DNA of 64,000 nucleotides, taken from assembly GCA_019058315.1 (NCBI GenBank), contig JAHPZH010000006.1:128001-192000 (forward strand), given 5' to 3'. Within the stretch, counting starts at the first letter, position 1. Each line of letters opens with the position of its first letter. Shown here piece by piece: positions 48,994 to 60,206 of the stretch. The notes under the pieces are model-generated. The model made no database searches. It was given only the letters and a program-made list of their open reading frames with translations, and had not been told where the DNA came from. The stretch is from Candidatus Helarchaeota archaeon (GTDB lineage Archaea; Asgardarchaeota; Lokiarchaeia; Helarchaeales; RDOG01). Made by a program: the position numbers and the translations under genes.

Positions 48994-51309
48994 ATCAGTA
49001 AAAATAAAAAATTAGGAATTGCTTTAATTGGGATCTTAATATTAGCCGGTAGTATTGGTGGCTGGTACTATTATTCATCAACAAAACAAGAAGACTTTTC
49101 ATATCTTGCAATCCTTCCTCTGCTACTTCCACCAATGCCAACTCCAATAGTTTTCATAGATAATTCAGCAATCTACAATCATGAGCATGGAATTGCCATA
49201 TTTGCTGGAAGTTACACTATTAAAGATCAAACGGCACCATTTACACCTAATTTACCACCTTATGAAATTCCATTAGTTGGTAAAATAGAAGTAACAAATA
49301 CTACAGTAGATAATTCATCCACCTATTCAACGAGTTCTTTCAAATATATTAACTTATTTATGGACGCAAAGCTCTCTTTAATAAATGTAAATGCCCCAAA
49401 CTTAGAAATTAATTTATTTGGTGATGCTCATCTAACCGTTCAAAATAGTACTATTGGGACAATTATTGCTAGACAGTCCTCAACTGTAACCGTTAGAAAT
49501 TCAACTGTCAATAAAATATATGATGCACTATCTAGTTTATTAAATATTTATTTAGCACTAAATGTGGACCCATTAGGACTTGATAGTGTCATAAATATCG
49601 AAGAAAATTCAACTATTTCTCTTATTCAGATAGCTGAAGGAGGAGATCTTGATATTTCTGATAGTATTATCTATAATTTGACAGCCTCAAGTGTTGATGT
49701 AGATCATAAGGCACAAGTAACTGTTGATAATATAAATGTAGTAAATGAATTTATACTAGGCCAAAATACTGAAGGCAACATAGTAAATTTAACTAATACG
49801 GGATTGACTTTATTACAAGGGGACGCGTATGCACATTTTATTGATATGAATACTGTGATGTTAGGTGTAATACAAGGAGCAACGTGCTTAATAAATAATT
49901 CAAACATTGGAATGTTACAAGATGGTATAGTAGGATTATCTGGAGTAACAATAGTTAAAAATTACCAAATAACAGGCTCTTATGGTATCAATTACATTAA
50001 TAACACAATCATTGATGGATTTACAAGTGTCGGAGTTAGACAATTTTCATCAATTGCGGCTATAACACCAGCAGGTCCTGGTTCTACAGTAGTAATAGTT
50101 GAAGATTGCGCTAATTCTTTTACTAGTATATTAGCTGCTGAATATGCCAACATAACAATGAAGAATGTTTCAACTAGTTATTTGATAGGTTTGGGTAACT
50201 CCATTATACAAGCAGAAAATATGACAATATCAGCTTTACAGTCAACTGATAGTGCTCAAGTGAATATTATTAATTCTGCGATAACAGGAATGTATATTCC
50301 ATTAGATCTCGGAGGCGGAGTAATCTTAAGTATGCCTATATGCGCAGTTACTGAAAAGAATTCTAAATTAGAATTAACAAATGTGACAGCAAATGCTTTA
50401 AGCGCTTATGATAGTTCTGAATTATTATTGGACAATGTTTCTATTTCAATATTGGAAATTGCTACATTGGGAAAAGTTAGGATAACTAGTTCTTATTTAA
50501 CTGGTGGTGGTCAAACAGTGCTCGGTGCTATAAAAATTCACGATATTCCTAGTGTAGGTAACGAAGCAGGTGATGTTATAATTGAATATGCAATAATTGG
50601 CTTAGCATCTATTTTTGGATCAGCAAATGTTACTCTCCAAAATTGCTATTTTGGTGCTACTGGAGCATTATTATATGGTGTTGTTGTTAGTGGTGCAAAT
50701 ACTGTTAATATAAATACAGGTGTAATAAGTGGCACTTGTTCGAACTATACTAAAATTGACGCTGCTACAAAAGCCACAATCTTTGCTGCATTTTTGAATA
50801 ACATCGAGATAAATGATACTGCTACAGTTAATATTAATAATTATGTATCGATTCCTGGTCTCGCTCAACTAAATTATTCAATTAATGCTTATCATAATGC
50901 TAAATTGAATGTAGAAAATGGAACATTGGGTCTAGTTAGATTATTCAATGACACAACAACTAAAATTAATTCTACTGAAGTAGTTATGCCAAGTAATACA
51001 GGTATTGCAGCGATACTGGCTGCAAATAAAGCTTATTTTGAAGCAAATAATTCCGATATAAAAGCAATTCTGTGTTATAGAGAAGAAAAATCAACACAAT
51101 ATGCTGCAAAGGTAACAAACTCTGATGTCTATATGGCGTATTTGCTAGGTTACACAAGATTAAGACTTGAAACTGTTACAGTCTATCTTTATGCTATTGT
51201 TATGGCAGGGGTAGATAATCGCGTATATGCTTTAGAAGTAATTAATAGTACATTTTTCCCTGCATTTGGAGCTACTCTTAGCGCAATTAGTTGGGCCCCA
51301 ACAGCCTAA
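48994..51309 (+). CDS. Membrane-anchored extracellular beta-helix/solenoid-like protein
   Basis: N/S/T/I/V-rich repeats such as SSTVTVRNSTV; frame is open upstream of ATG 49135 to TAG 48973 and encodes KNKK plus a TM segment; candidate ATC start at 48994. Confidence 0.7.
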   Translation: MSKNKKLGIALIGILILAGSIGGWYYYSSTKQEDFSYLAILPLLLPPMPTPIVFIDNSAIYNHEHGIAIFAGSYTIKDQTAPFTPNLPPYEIPLVGKIEVTNTTVDNSSTYSTSSFKYINLFMDAKLSLINVNAPNLEINLFGDAHLTVQNSTIGTIIARQSSTVTVRNSTVNKIYDALSSLLNIYLALNVDPLGLDSVINIEENSTISLIQIAEGGDLDISDSIIYNLTASSVDVDHKAQVTVDNINVVNEFILGQNTEGNIVNLTNTGLTLLQGDAYAHFIDMNTVMLGVIQGATCLINNSNIGMLQDGIVGLSGVTIVKNYQITGSYGINYINNTIIDGFTSVGVRQFSSIAAITPAGPGSTVVIVEDCANSFTSILAAEYANITMKNVSTSYLIGLGNSIIQAENMTISALQSTDSAQVNIINSAITGMYIPLDLGGGVILSMPICAVTEKNSKLELTNVTANALSAYDSSELLLDNVSISILEIATLGKVRITSSYLTGGGQTVLGAIKIHDIPSVGNEAGDVIIEYAIIGLASIFGSANVTLQNCYFGATGALLYGVVVSGANTVNINTGVISGTCSNYTKIDAATKATIFAAFLNNIEINDTATVNINNYVSIPGLAQLNYSINAYHNAKLNVENGTLGLVRLFNDTTTKINSTEVVMPSNTGIAAILAANKAYFEANNSDIKAILCYREEKSTQYAAKVTNSDVYMAYLLGYTRLRLETVTVYLYAIVMAGVDNRVYALEVINSTFFPAFGATLSAISWAPTA

Positions 51310-51468
51310 ATCCTTTCTTTTTTTTTTAAAATAATATTTTGAATTTTTTTCTATTTTTTTAAATAATTTTAAGCTATTTTTTTTAACTAATATAGTTGTG
51401 CTGGACATTCACTTAAATGTTTAATATTTTACTTTCTATTTTATTTTAAATTTAAAAATTGGATTAAT

Positions 51469-54075
51469 ATGGATAAAAAAACCGAAAAAAAATTTAGTTG
51501 TGTTATCGTCCCTTCAATCAAGACTATTTTAAAATCGAAAATATTATTTTTTCAGACACAAAAACGTCAAAGAACAATTAATATAACACCCTTTATGGAT
51601 TTAAAGGTTGAATTCCATTTTATTAACGAAAATAATTTAAGACCTTTAAAAATTAAACACCCTGATGGCCTTTATATGCAACATAAACCTTTTATGAAGC
51701 TATTAAAGGATGCTGAAACAATATATGTGCCTGAAAAATTTCGTGATAAAATTTTAGATATTTCAAATATGCTCAAATCATATCAATTGAATCATGAAAT
51801 AAAACAATTTTGTAGGCTATGTTTATTAAAAAATAAAGTATCTATACTTGACGATAAAAATTCAATATTAAGTTATAATGAATTCCTTTGTCCCAACTGT
51901 GCATTAGACGAATTAATGAATGAATTAAAATTTCTTGGTTTTAAACCATCAAAACCCTTTCTAGATCGGATGCAAAATATATTATTGGATTTAAAGGATC
52001 TTAAGAAAGTCCTTCCTATACTTAAACCAAATTTTGATGCTTTTAAAAATCAAGAATTGACATTTTATAATGAAATTAAGGCAAGCACTAAAAAATCAGG
52101 TTATTCAAAGGTTGAAGATTTAAATATTCCTGAAGAATTTATTGAAGTTCTCAAAAAAAGTGGTTATGAAGAGTTACTACCTGTTCAAGATTTAGCAATT
52201 CAAAGTGGTTTATTTGAAAATAAAAATTTGTTAATTGTCTCATCGACTAGTTCTGGAAAGACATTAATTGGTGAACTGGCAGGAGTTGCTAAAATTATTA
52301 AAGAACGAAAATATAAGAAATCTAATGGGTGCTTAGTTTTTTTAAACCCATTAAAAGCAATGTGTAATCAACAAAAATTAAGATTCACTGAAAGATATTC
52401 AAAATTGGGAATAAAAATTGCAATTAGAGTTGGGATGTCCCAATTAAATGTCAAAAATGAAGATTTAGTTATTGTAGATGACGATTTTGAAGCCGCGGAT
52501 ATAATAACTGCAACTTATGAAGCATTTGATTATTTATTAAGGAAAGGTAATATAAAAAATGAAATAAAGCAAATTTCAACATTAGTTTTTGATGAATTTC
52601 AAATGATTGGGGATGAAGAAAGGGGTCCCATATTAAATGGTTTAATATCACGAATAAAAATATTATTTCCAGATACTCAAATAATTGGTTTATCTGCAAC
52701 TATTAAAAATGTCAGAGAAGTAGCTAAAAAATTTGATCTAATTCCAATTATATATAACGAACGCCCTGTTACTCTTGAACGTCATCTAGTTTTATGTAAA
52801 ACAGAACATGACAAACTGTTTAATCTTGCTAAACTTATTCGTGGAGAATATAAACATAGAAGTTCATTCAAATTTTATGGATCATCTATAGTATTTACTA
52901 ATTCCAGATTAAGATCACATTTAATATCAAATGAATTATCGAATAAGCATGGCTTACATATAGTTGCTTATCATGCTGGTTTATCTTATTTTCAAAGAAA
53001 AGCAATAGAATTTGCATATGAACATGGACAATATCAGGCTATTATAACTACCTATGCATTAGGAGCTGGATTCGATTCACCAGCATCTCAAGTTATTTTT
53101 GAATCTTTATTTATGGGCATAAATGCGATTACTCCAAATGAATTTCACCAAATGTCTGGTCGTGCTGGTCGTTATAAAATGCATGATATGGGAAAGGTTA
53201 TACTCTTGGCAGAAATTGGAAAAACGCTTCATGCAGAAAAAATGAGTGAGGATCAAATCGCACTTTTCTTATTAGAAAGTCAACCAGAAGACTTGGATCC
53301 TCTATATGAACCAGAAAAAATTATTGGAGAGGTTTTAGCTTCAATCACCACAGGTTTAAAGAATTTTGACGAAATTGAAAGTTTTTATGATAATATATTT
53401 AATGCAGAAGAAAATCTAAATGTTATATTGGAAAATCTTGAATCAAAAAAGCTAATTTATAAAGAAAATGAAGCATTTTACGTTTCTAATTTAGGTAAAG
53501 CTATTGCTCTATCTTTCTTTACCCCAGAGGAGGCACTCTTAATAATTAAAGAATTGAAATTAAATTTAGATCCTTTAAACATTGCTATAACTTCAGATTA
53601 TTTTGAAAATATCTATATTTCTGAAAAAATTAGAAATGAAATGACTAAAATATATAAAACTCAAATTCCAGCAAGATTTTTTTCCTCCACTATTATTGAT
53701 TTTGCTGAATTATTGAAAAAACGTAAAAAAAATGCACCACCATGGCTTTTAGACCTTGTTATGAAATGGTATTTCAATTTTTTTAATTGCGAATGTGAAG
53801 ATAGACCATATTGTGAATGTCAATATTTAAAATCTGACCAAAAAATTGTGGAATTTCGATTTGAAGGATTAAGTCCTACGGAAATTAGCAATAAAATGGA
53901 AAAAGAATTTGGATTAACAGTCTATGCTGGTGATATATTTAGATTTCTAGATAATTTAATCTATAAACTTAATGGAATTAGCATGATAGCTGAGAGTATC
54001 GGCTTAATAGAAATAAAAGAAAAAATAAATAATCTAAAAAGAAGAATAGAAAATCCTTCAGGATTTAATGGTTAG
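51469..54075 (+). CDS. Archaea-specific SF2 DEAD/DEAH helicase (COG1202/DUF5814 type)
   Basis: LLPVQ, STSSGKTLIGELAG, DEFQ, SAT, YHAGL, PASQVIFESL, QMSGRAGR, C-terminal CxC..PYCxC and Y.GDI. Confidence 0.9.
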   Translation: MDKKTEKKFSCVIVPSIKTILKSKILFFQTQKRQRTINITPFMDLKVEFHFINENNLRPLKIKHPDGLYMQHKPFMKLLKDAETIYVPEKFRDKILDISNMLKSYQLNHEIKQFCRLCLLKNKVSILDDKNSILSYNEFLCPNCALDELMNELKFLGFKPSKPFLDRMQNILLDLKDLKKVLPILKPNFDAFKNQELTFYNEIKASTKKSGYSKVEDLNIPEEFIEVLKKSGYEELLPVQDLAIQSGLFENKNLLIVSSTSSGKTLIGELAGVAKIIKERKYKKSNGCLVFLNPLKAMCNQQKLRFTERYSKLGIKIAIRVGMSQLNVKNEDLVIVDDDFEAADIITATYEAFDYLLRKGNIKNEIKQISTLVFDEFQMIGDEERGPILNGLISRIKILFPDTQIIGLSATIKNVREVAKKFDLIPIIYNERPVTLERHLVLCKTEHDKLFNLAKLIRGEYKHRSSFKFYGSSIVFTNSRLRSHLISNELSNKHGLHIVAYHAGLSYFQRKAIEFAYEHGQYQAIITTYALGAGFDSPASQVIFESLFMGINAITPNEFHQMSGRAGRYKMHDMGKVILLAEIGKTLHAEKMSEDQIALFLLESQPEDLDPLYEPEKIIGEVLASITTGLKNFDEIESFYDNIFNAEENLNVILENLESKKLIYKENEAFYVSNLGKAIALSFFTPEEALLIIKELKLNLDPLNIAITSDYFENIYISEKIRNEMTKIYKTQIPARFFSSTIIDFAELLKKRKKNAPPWLLDLVMKWYFNFFNCECEDRPYCECQYLKSDQKIVEFRFEGLSPTEISNKMEKEFGLTVYAGDIFRFLDNLIYKLNGISMIAESIGLIEIKEKINNLKRRIENPSGFNG

Positions 54076-54117
54076 GAGAAATTAAAAAAAGTTCTTAAAA
54101 TTTTTAAAATACTAATT

Positions 54118-55713
54118 CTATCGAAAATATTGAATTAATCCATAAATTAATTCAATTCCACCAAAAATCCAAAATGGAACACTTAACCAATAAAACTCTG
54201 GAACTAAAGTCGTAGCTCCAATAATTGTAAAAATTAAACCGATAGTAATTCCCATTATCCCAAATCCAATATCATAAAATCCGCTTTTTCTGGGATCTTC
54301 ACTTGGAAATCTCCTTATTTTGATAATTGAACCAATTACAGGGAAAGTTAGGACAACAGGAAATAGAACTAATGCAATTACAGTAGGTGTTAATATTTCA
54401 ACACTTAGACTGATATTTGGAGATCCTATGGTTTGAAAGATGCCAGTTGCATTAAATAGAATAATAGTAAGGAAAATAAAAGTAATAAGACGATAAATCA
54501 TACTTACTACGGTAGATCCTAAAACTTTAGAAATATTTGGAGATACTGCAACTGCGGCTAAACTTTGTTTCGCTTTTAAATTTTGTTCAAACCGCTCTTC
54601 TATATATAATTGTAAATGTTGAGCATCATCATCATCCAATAATTCATCGCTCCTTTTTTTCCTTAGTTTATACTGTTCTTTTTCTAATTTCTTTCTTTTT
54701 TCCATCATCTCTCTTAAATAATCAAAAGCCTCACTTGAAAAGAATCTTCTTACTGATATTGAATGAATTTCTACAGTTGGTTCTTTTTCTTCAATTTTAG
54801 CTTCCTTTATTTTTTCAATTCGTGTTTCCAATTTATCAATCTGCATTTGTAATCTTTTACTTCTTTCTCTTGTTGGAAAATATATTTCTTGAAAATAACT
54901 AGTTTGGAGACTTATTTCTAAAAAGATTAAAGCAAAGAATGTGGACAAGAATTCAGGACTAATTAAATATGTTGAAATTGGTGTATAATAATACGCATAA
55001 ATTAAAAGCCCAATTACATTTTGTAAATCTTCTGGAATTAGACTAGAAAAGTATAATAAATTTAATATTGTATGGTAAATATATGGTCTTAATCGTATTG
55101 ATAACGAAAGATTGGATAGATCCATTATAATAAATAAAAAATCTGGAAAATAAGGTTGTATAAACGTATTGATAAAGACGCTACTTATGATTATTAGGAA
55201 GAAATAAAGAACAGCTGTCATTTTTTTCTTTATAATTGAATGAATTAAAAAGGCAGAAAATACTACCAACAACCCAATAAATGCAATACTCACAAACAAT
55301 CCTATTAAATTAGCTAGATCTGGAGTTACTACCCAAGTCATAAAAAAATTATCAAATAATTCAACAAATATTGGAGTTATTGCTGCCATTAATATAATCA
55401 TTACGATAAAAATAAAGCTCACAATACTCCAATTTGAATTTCTGGTGTATACAAAATATATTAAAAATATAATTGATGAAATCAAAAAAATGATAAATAT
55501 AGATCGATAAAAAGATGTAAAAAAGGGAAAATTCGGTACTCCTGCCATTGTAAAGAGCATAGTCCCTAAATATCCACAAAATTGAATAAATGCAGAGAAA
55601 TTGAAAACATTTGCGGAGAAAACAGATGAAAGTCCTGCTACTGCAAATATATAAGTTATTATTGTTAAAATTAAAAGCATAATTACTGAACTGAAGAATT
55701 TATTCTGCTCCAT
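54118..55713 (-). CDS. Polytopic membrane protein with cytoplasmic coiled-coil loop
   Basis: Many TM segments flanking a charged helical region; start overlaps the DUF58 stop by one base. Confidence 0.75.
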   Translation of the reverse strand: MEQNKFFSSVIMLLILTIITYIFAVAGLSSVFSANVFNFSAFIQFCGYLGTMLFTMAGVPNFPFFTSFYRSIFIIFLISSIIFLIYFVYTRNSNWSIVSFIFIVMIILMAAITPIFVELFDNFFMTWVVTPDLANLIGLFVSIAFIGLLVVFSAFLIHSIIKKKMTAVLYFFLIIISSVFINTFIQPYFPDFLFIIMDLSNLSLSIRLRPYIYHTILNLLYFSSLIPEDLQNVIGLLIYAYYYTPISTYLISPEFLSTFFALIFLEISLQTSYFQEIYFPTRERSKRLQMQIDKLETRIEKIKEAKIEEKEPTVEIHSISVRRFFSSEAFDYLREMMEKRKKLEKEQYKLRKKRSDELLDDDDAQHLQLYIEERFEQNLKAKQSLAAVAVSPNISKVLGSTVVSMIYRLITFIFLTIILFNATGIFQTIGSPNISLSVEILTPTVIALVLFPVVLTFPVIGSIIKIRRFPSEDPRKSGFYDIGFGIMGITIGLIFTIIGATTLVPEFYWLSVPFWIFGGIELIYGLIQYFR

Positions 55714-57035
55714 TAGATTAGCCCCATCCCCTTCCTTTTTGCTTTCAAGAATTCAGATATTATTGTAGGAAAGTAATCCGCAGGTGAAACATTTATTACA
55801 CTTACTTCTAGACGAGCCAAAGATCGAATGGTAGTCATTCTTTTTTCCCACAACTCTTCTGCGATTGCCTGTGTAAGTGCTATATCTACTGGTCTTAACT
55901 CTTCAGGTCTTGCTTCAAACCATGGACCAAAAGGACTTATAATTATTATATTGTGATCATATGACCTTGCAAGTTGTATAGCTTTTAAAAATTCATCCTT
56001 TATATCTTCCATATCAGTTAATAAGAAAAAAAAACTGCTTTTAGGAAGTCTTTTCACCGCAAAATCCATCGCTTCATATAAGACTTTTTTTCCTGATGCC
56101 TGAACTTTAGATAAATTATCTAAAATTTTAAAAAAATTATCACGACCTGGTTTTGGAGGTAAATAATAATGCATTTTATCAGAAAAAATTAAGAGTCCTA
56201 TAGAGTCTCTTCTTTCTTGGGCTAAATTTGCAAGTAATACACTTGCTCTAATTGAATATTCAAGTTTATCTTCTTCTATTTTTCCTCTTGACATAGAACT
56301 CGAAGCATCTAATAGAATTAGAAATCGAATATTTTTTTCTGATTCAAATTCTCTCACCATGTGTTTTCCCGTTCTTGCTGTTGCTTTCCAATCAATTCTT
56401 CTATATTCATCTGCTGTGATGTAAGGACGAATTCCATAAAATTCAGATCCATATCCTTTTTGTCTGGTTGCATGAGTTCCAAACATTAGACCTTGACGTC
56501 GTCGACTGGCAAATGCTTTCATCCTTCGGACATCCTCATAACTCGGATATACTATAATTTCTGTAATATTTCTAACTTTAGATGATTCAAAGTGAAAACC
56601 CAAACGATCTCTTATAATAACTTGTATAGGACCTAAGTTATATGCGCCTCTGTTTTTTGCCATTAGTACATAAGAAAATTCTATTTCCTGGCCCGTATCT
56701 AAACGTGTATCTATCCAATTTTCTCCTAATGCTAAGATAAAATTTTCTGGATAGATATCATGAACTTCAATAAATTCATAGCTTCTTTTTCCTATATTTC
56801 TTAATTTAACTGTCACATGTAAAAAATCGTTGGCAAATACCTTTTCCTTGTCCAAAGTTCTTTCAAATTCTATATCTTTCATATCAACAGAATATTCAAA
56901 TAATGGAATTGAAATTACGGTGCTCAAAACACAAAAAATACCTAGAAATATTAAATAGTAATTCGTTAATGAAAAACCTAATAATAGAAAAAAAAGTCCA
57001 GCAAGAATTAGAATCCTAGCCCGAATTGTTAACAT
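55713..57035 (-). CDS. DUF58 (vWA-like) MoxR partner protein
   Basis: N-terminal TM, RG.Y.LGP, EFYGIRPY..D..RRIDWKATAR, MVREFE, LLDASSSM (MIDAS-like), TD. Confidence 0.92.
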   Translation of the reverse strand: MLTIRARILILAGLFFLLLGFSLTNYYLIFLGIFCVLSTVISIPLFEYSVDMKDIEFERTLDKEKVFANDFLHVTVKLRNIGKRSYEFIEVHDIYPENFILALGENWIDTRLDTGQEIEFSYVLMAKNRGAYNLGPIQVIIRDRLGFHFESSKVRNITEIIVYPSYEDVRRMKAFASRRRQGLMFGTHATRQKGYGSEFYGIRPYITADEYRRIDWKATARTGKHMVREFESEKNIRFLILLDASSSMSRGKIEEDKLEYSIRASVLLANLAQERRDSIGLLIFSDKMHYYLPPKPGRDNFFKILDNLSKVQASGKKVLYEAMDFAVKRLPKSSFFFLLTDMEDIKDEFLKAIQLARSYDHNIIIISPFGPWFEARPEELRPVDIALTQAIAEELWEKRMTTIRSLARLEVSVINVSPADYFPTIISEFLKAKRKGMGLI

Positions 57036-57058
57036 CGATAAATTTGCCTCAAAATATT

Positions 57059-58009
57059 TTATGTTGGGACAGTTACTTCATTGAGCATATCAGAAATCAC
57101 TTTATCTAAAGATAATCCTCCTAGCTCTACTTCGGGTTTTAATATTATTCGATGTAAAAGGACATGCTTTGCGATGGCTTTGATATCGTCAGGCGTACAA
57201 TAATCTCGTCCTAATATAGCCCCTCTAGCTTTAGCTCCTTTTAATAATGCTATAGAAACTCTAGGACTTCCTCCAAGAAGAACTCGAGGTTCATTTCTCG
57301 TTTTAAATACTATATCTTTAATAAAGTCCATAATATCTTCATCAACGTGTATTGTTTTAACAGCTTCTTGCATAGCTGCAATTGTCTCTTGATTTGTCAC
57401 ACTTTCAACTTCAACTTCTTTTGGATTATGCATCATTTTTATTAGATCAACTTCTTCTTTTTCAGTGGGGTATTCTACCATAAGTTTGAATAGAAATCTA
57501 TCTACTTGAGCTTCGGGTAGAGGATATGTTCCTTCCATCTCGACTGGATTTTGTGTTGCTACCACCATAAAAGGTGGAGCTAAAACATGTCTATTTCCTT
57601 CTATGGTCACTTGTTTTTCTTGCATGCATTCGAGGAGAGCTGATTGTGTTTTTGGTGGTGCCCTATTAATTTCATCAGCAAGAACTATATTTGCAAAAAT
57701 AGGACCTTTTCTTAACACAAAATCCCCAGTTTTTGCATCTAGTACATTTGTACCTATAATATCTGCAGGTAACATATCAGGAGTAAACTGGATTCTTTTA
57801 AAAGAACAACCAAGCACTTTAGCAAAATTTTTTGCCATGTGTGTTTTTGCAACGCCAGGGACACCTTCAAGAAGAACATGTTCATTGCAAAGTAATGCAA
57901 TAAAAATATTCTGGATAACTTCTCCTTTTCCTACAACTGCCTTTCTAACTTCTGATAAGATTCTTTGTGCGTTATCTCTGACATCTTTTATTGATAAAGT
58001 CAAACTCAT
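57059..58009 (-). CDS. moxR: MoxR-family AAA+ ATPase
   Basis: LEGVPGVAKT, RIQFTPDMLPAD, LADEINRAPPKTQSALLE, ATQNPVE.EGTYPLPEAQ.DRF, G.SPR. Confidence 0.96.
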   Translation of the reverse strand: MSLTLSIKDVRDNAQRILSEVRKAVVGKGEVIQNIFIALLCNEHVLLEGVPGVAKTHMAKNFAKVLGCSFKRIQFTPDMLPADIIGTNVLDAKTGDFVLRKGPIFANIVLADEINRAPPKTQSALLECMQEKQVTIEGNRHVLAPPFMVVATQNPVEMEGTYPLPEAQVDRFLFKLMVEYPTEKEEVDLIKMMHNPKEVEVESVTNQETIAAMQEAVKTIHVDEDIMDFIKDIVFKTRNEPRVLLGGSPRVSIALLKGAKARGAILGRDYCTPDDIKAIAKHVLLHRIILKPEVELGGLSLDKVISDMLNEVTVPT

Positions 58010-58051
58010 CTTTAAAATCTTCCTTATATATTTTTTATAATATTTCGATTT

Positions 58052-59779
58052 TTATTTTATTTGATCATAACACCATTTCATTTCATTAAATGCTTGCAAA
58101 AATGTAGTTGGATTTGTTATTTTCATCAATTTTTTATCAACACGTTCAAATTTAGTTAAATCACGTTTTAACCTAGTAATATTAACGTGTGGTTTAATAT
58201 CCTTGATAATTTCAATAATTTGATTAGGATCATAACTTCTTATGTTAATACTTTGAATTATATTTCTTTTAAATCGTCTATATAATAAACTAATAGCCTT
58301 ATTATATTGTCTTTTTCTTTTAAACCATTTCATTCTTTCACTAAATATGGATTCACCCTTTGTTTTGACAATTTTAGATTTTTTAATGATTTTTGTTTTT
58401 TCAATCTTTGGTATCCATCTACTAACAAGGGCATAAAATAACAAAGGTAATACAGGGACTAGTAATATAAATCCAGAAGATGCATTTATAAATCGTAATA
58501 TTAAACCAAAGAAGGAAGGAAAAACCTTTTGTTGCTTTGATTCATCAAAAACAACAAAATGAGGTGTATTATTAGCCAGATTATTAAGTAAATTCATAGC
58601 AAACTTATCGTTATCATATTCTTCTGAAAAAGCAAATAAATTAGTAAAAATTTGTGGTTGTGTGGTGATTATTATTCTCTGATTGGCACTCACGCATGAA
58701 ATCCAAAAAGAACCATTAGAATCCATTATATCATGGAAATAATTCGCATTAGCATCTACCCATGATGTTGGATTAGTTTTGGCAATTATTTTTGATGTAG
58801 TAATATTAAATTGATTATTTAACATATCTAAGATTGCTGCATTAATTTCATAGGTATTGCTAATATCGAAAGGTACTCCTGTAATATTTTCTATTGCATC
58901 AAACAAAGGATTTTTTTCTCCAGACTTTAATAAATTTTCCCAGCCGGATATACCAAAGTCGATACCTAAATTTAATGGAGTAGGTCTTGTAACTAATATC
59001 TTATCAACTTCATCATCTTTATCATTATAAGGATCTCCATTATAAGGATATCTTATATCTGTTATAATCATTCCATAAGGTATCTCATTAACTAATAAAT
59101 TTTCTAAAAATACTGCATTATTCGAATTATTATCGTCATATATTGCGGCAGAATAAATACCGTTCTCAATCCAATAAGAAAATTTTGGAGATTTTAGTGG
59201 TACTTCATTAAAAATAAAATTTGTTAATTTATTCGGATCTGTGAAAAAAGGATCCTCAAGCACTTTTGATATATTAAATCCAGCCCTTGTAAAGTTTAAG
59301 AATAAATCATACATTGTTTCTTTTACAGGGTCTACAAAATAACTACTCATTAAATTATTTAATAAAATGAGTTCTGAACCAGTGCCAAAATTAGATGCTA
59401 GTAATAGTTTACCCCCATTTCCAACAAAATTGAGCAATGTTATTATTTCAAATGGATCAAAAAATTGCACTGGTGCTATTTCAACAAGTATTGTATTCTT
59501 GCTTGGTAAAATATACAATGAATTCAATGATGATGTAATTGTTAATGGAATATGCCCAGATTCTGCAGCAGCTTTATAAAAAAATATTGAACTTCCTTTT
59601 AAACCATTATTAAAAATCGAATAATCATTTTCTTGTATAAAAAGATTTTCAAAAGGTGATAAAACGAAAGGTAGCAAAGAAATACCAAAAACTACAAAAA
59701 GAATAATTGTTTTACCACCTATACGACCTTCTTTTTCTTTCTTTTTTTTCTTTTCCTTTTTTTTAGTTTTCTTTTCCAT
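58052..59779 (-). CDS. DUF4350-like membrane-anchored protein
   Basis: DYSIFN.G..G.S.F, FV.NGG.LLLA.NFG, P.IFTN, VVFDES; TM anchors at both ends. Confidence 0.7.
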   Translation of the reverse strand: MEKKTKKKEKKKKKEKEGRIGGKTIILFVVFGISLLPFVLSPFENLFIQENDYSIFNNGLKGSSIFFYKAAAESGHIPLTITSSLNSLYILPSKNTILVEIAPVQFFDPFEIITLLNFVGNGGKLLLASNFGTGSELILLNNLMSSYFVDPVKETMYDLFLNFTRAGFNISKVLEDPFFTDPNKLTNFIFNEVPLKSPKFSYWIENGIYSAAIYDDNNSNNAVFLENLLVNEIPYGMIITDIRYPYNGDPYNDKDDEVDKILVTRPTPLNLGIDFGISGWENLLKSGEKNPLFDAIENITGVPFDISNTYEINAAILDMLNNQFNITTSKIIAKTNPTSWVDANANYFHDIMDSNGSFWISCVSANQRIIITTQPQIFTNLFAFSEEYDNDKFAMNLLNNLANNTPHFVVFDESKQQKVFPSFFGLILRFINASSGFILLVPVLPLLFYALVSRWIPKIEKTKIIKKSKIVKTKGESIFSERMKWFKRKRQYNKAISLLYRRFKRNIIQSINIRSYDPNQIIEIIKDIKPHVNITRLKRDLTKFERVDKKLMKITNPTTFLQAFNEMKWCYDQIK

Positions 59780-59795
59780 TGATTAAAAACACCAA

Positions 59796-60179
59796 TTAAC
59801 TCTTTGGAACTACTTCAACTCTTACAAGTTCCCCAACAATTACTTGGAATAATTTACCAAACATTCGATTAGCCTCTGAATATGCACTAGGTGATATACT
59901 GTGACTAGAATACCTTGCTTCTTCATATAAAGTTGTAAATGGATAAACAAGGGTAGGATCTAATTTTGTATCCTTTATAATTCCCATAATAAATTCTCTA
60001 AAGGTTTGACTTTTTGTTGGAGCTTTGTTTAAATGCCCCTTAATTAATTCTATAAAGATTTGATAGGAATATATCACAGCCTCTCTAAATCTTTTTCCGT
60101 CGATTAAGGATTTTAATTGTTTTTCTACTTTTTTAACATCAATTGCTTTTGTTTTTAATCTTCTACGAGATCTTGCCAT
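59796..60179 (-). CDS. Stand-alone DUF4129 domain protein
   Basis: EAVI..Y, T.REF, FT.LYEEARYS.H. Confidence 0.82.
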   Translation of the reverse strand: MARSRRRLKTKAIDVKKVEKQLKSLIDGKRFREAVIYSYQIFIELIKGHLNKAPTKSQTFREFIMGIIKDTKLDPTLVYPFTTLYEEARYSSHSISPSAYSEANRMFGKLFQVIVGELVRVEVVPKS

Positions 60180-60206
60180 TTTTTATCATATCCAAATATT
60201 TTATTA

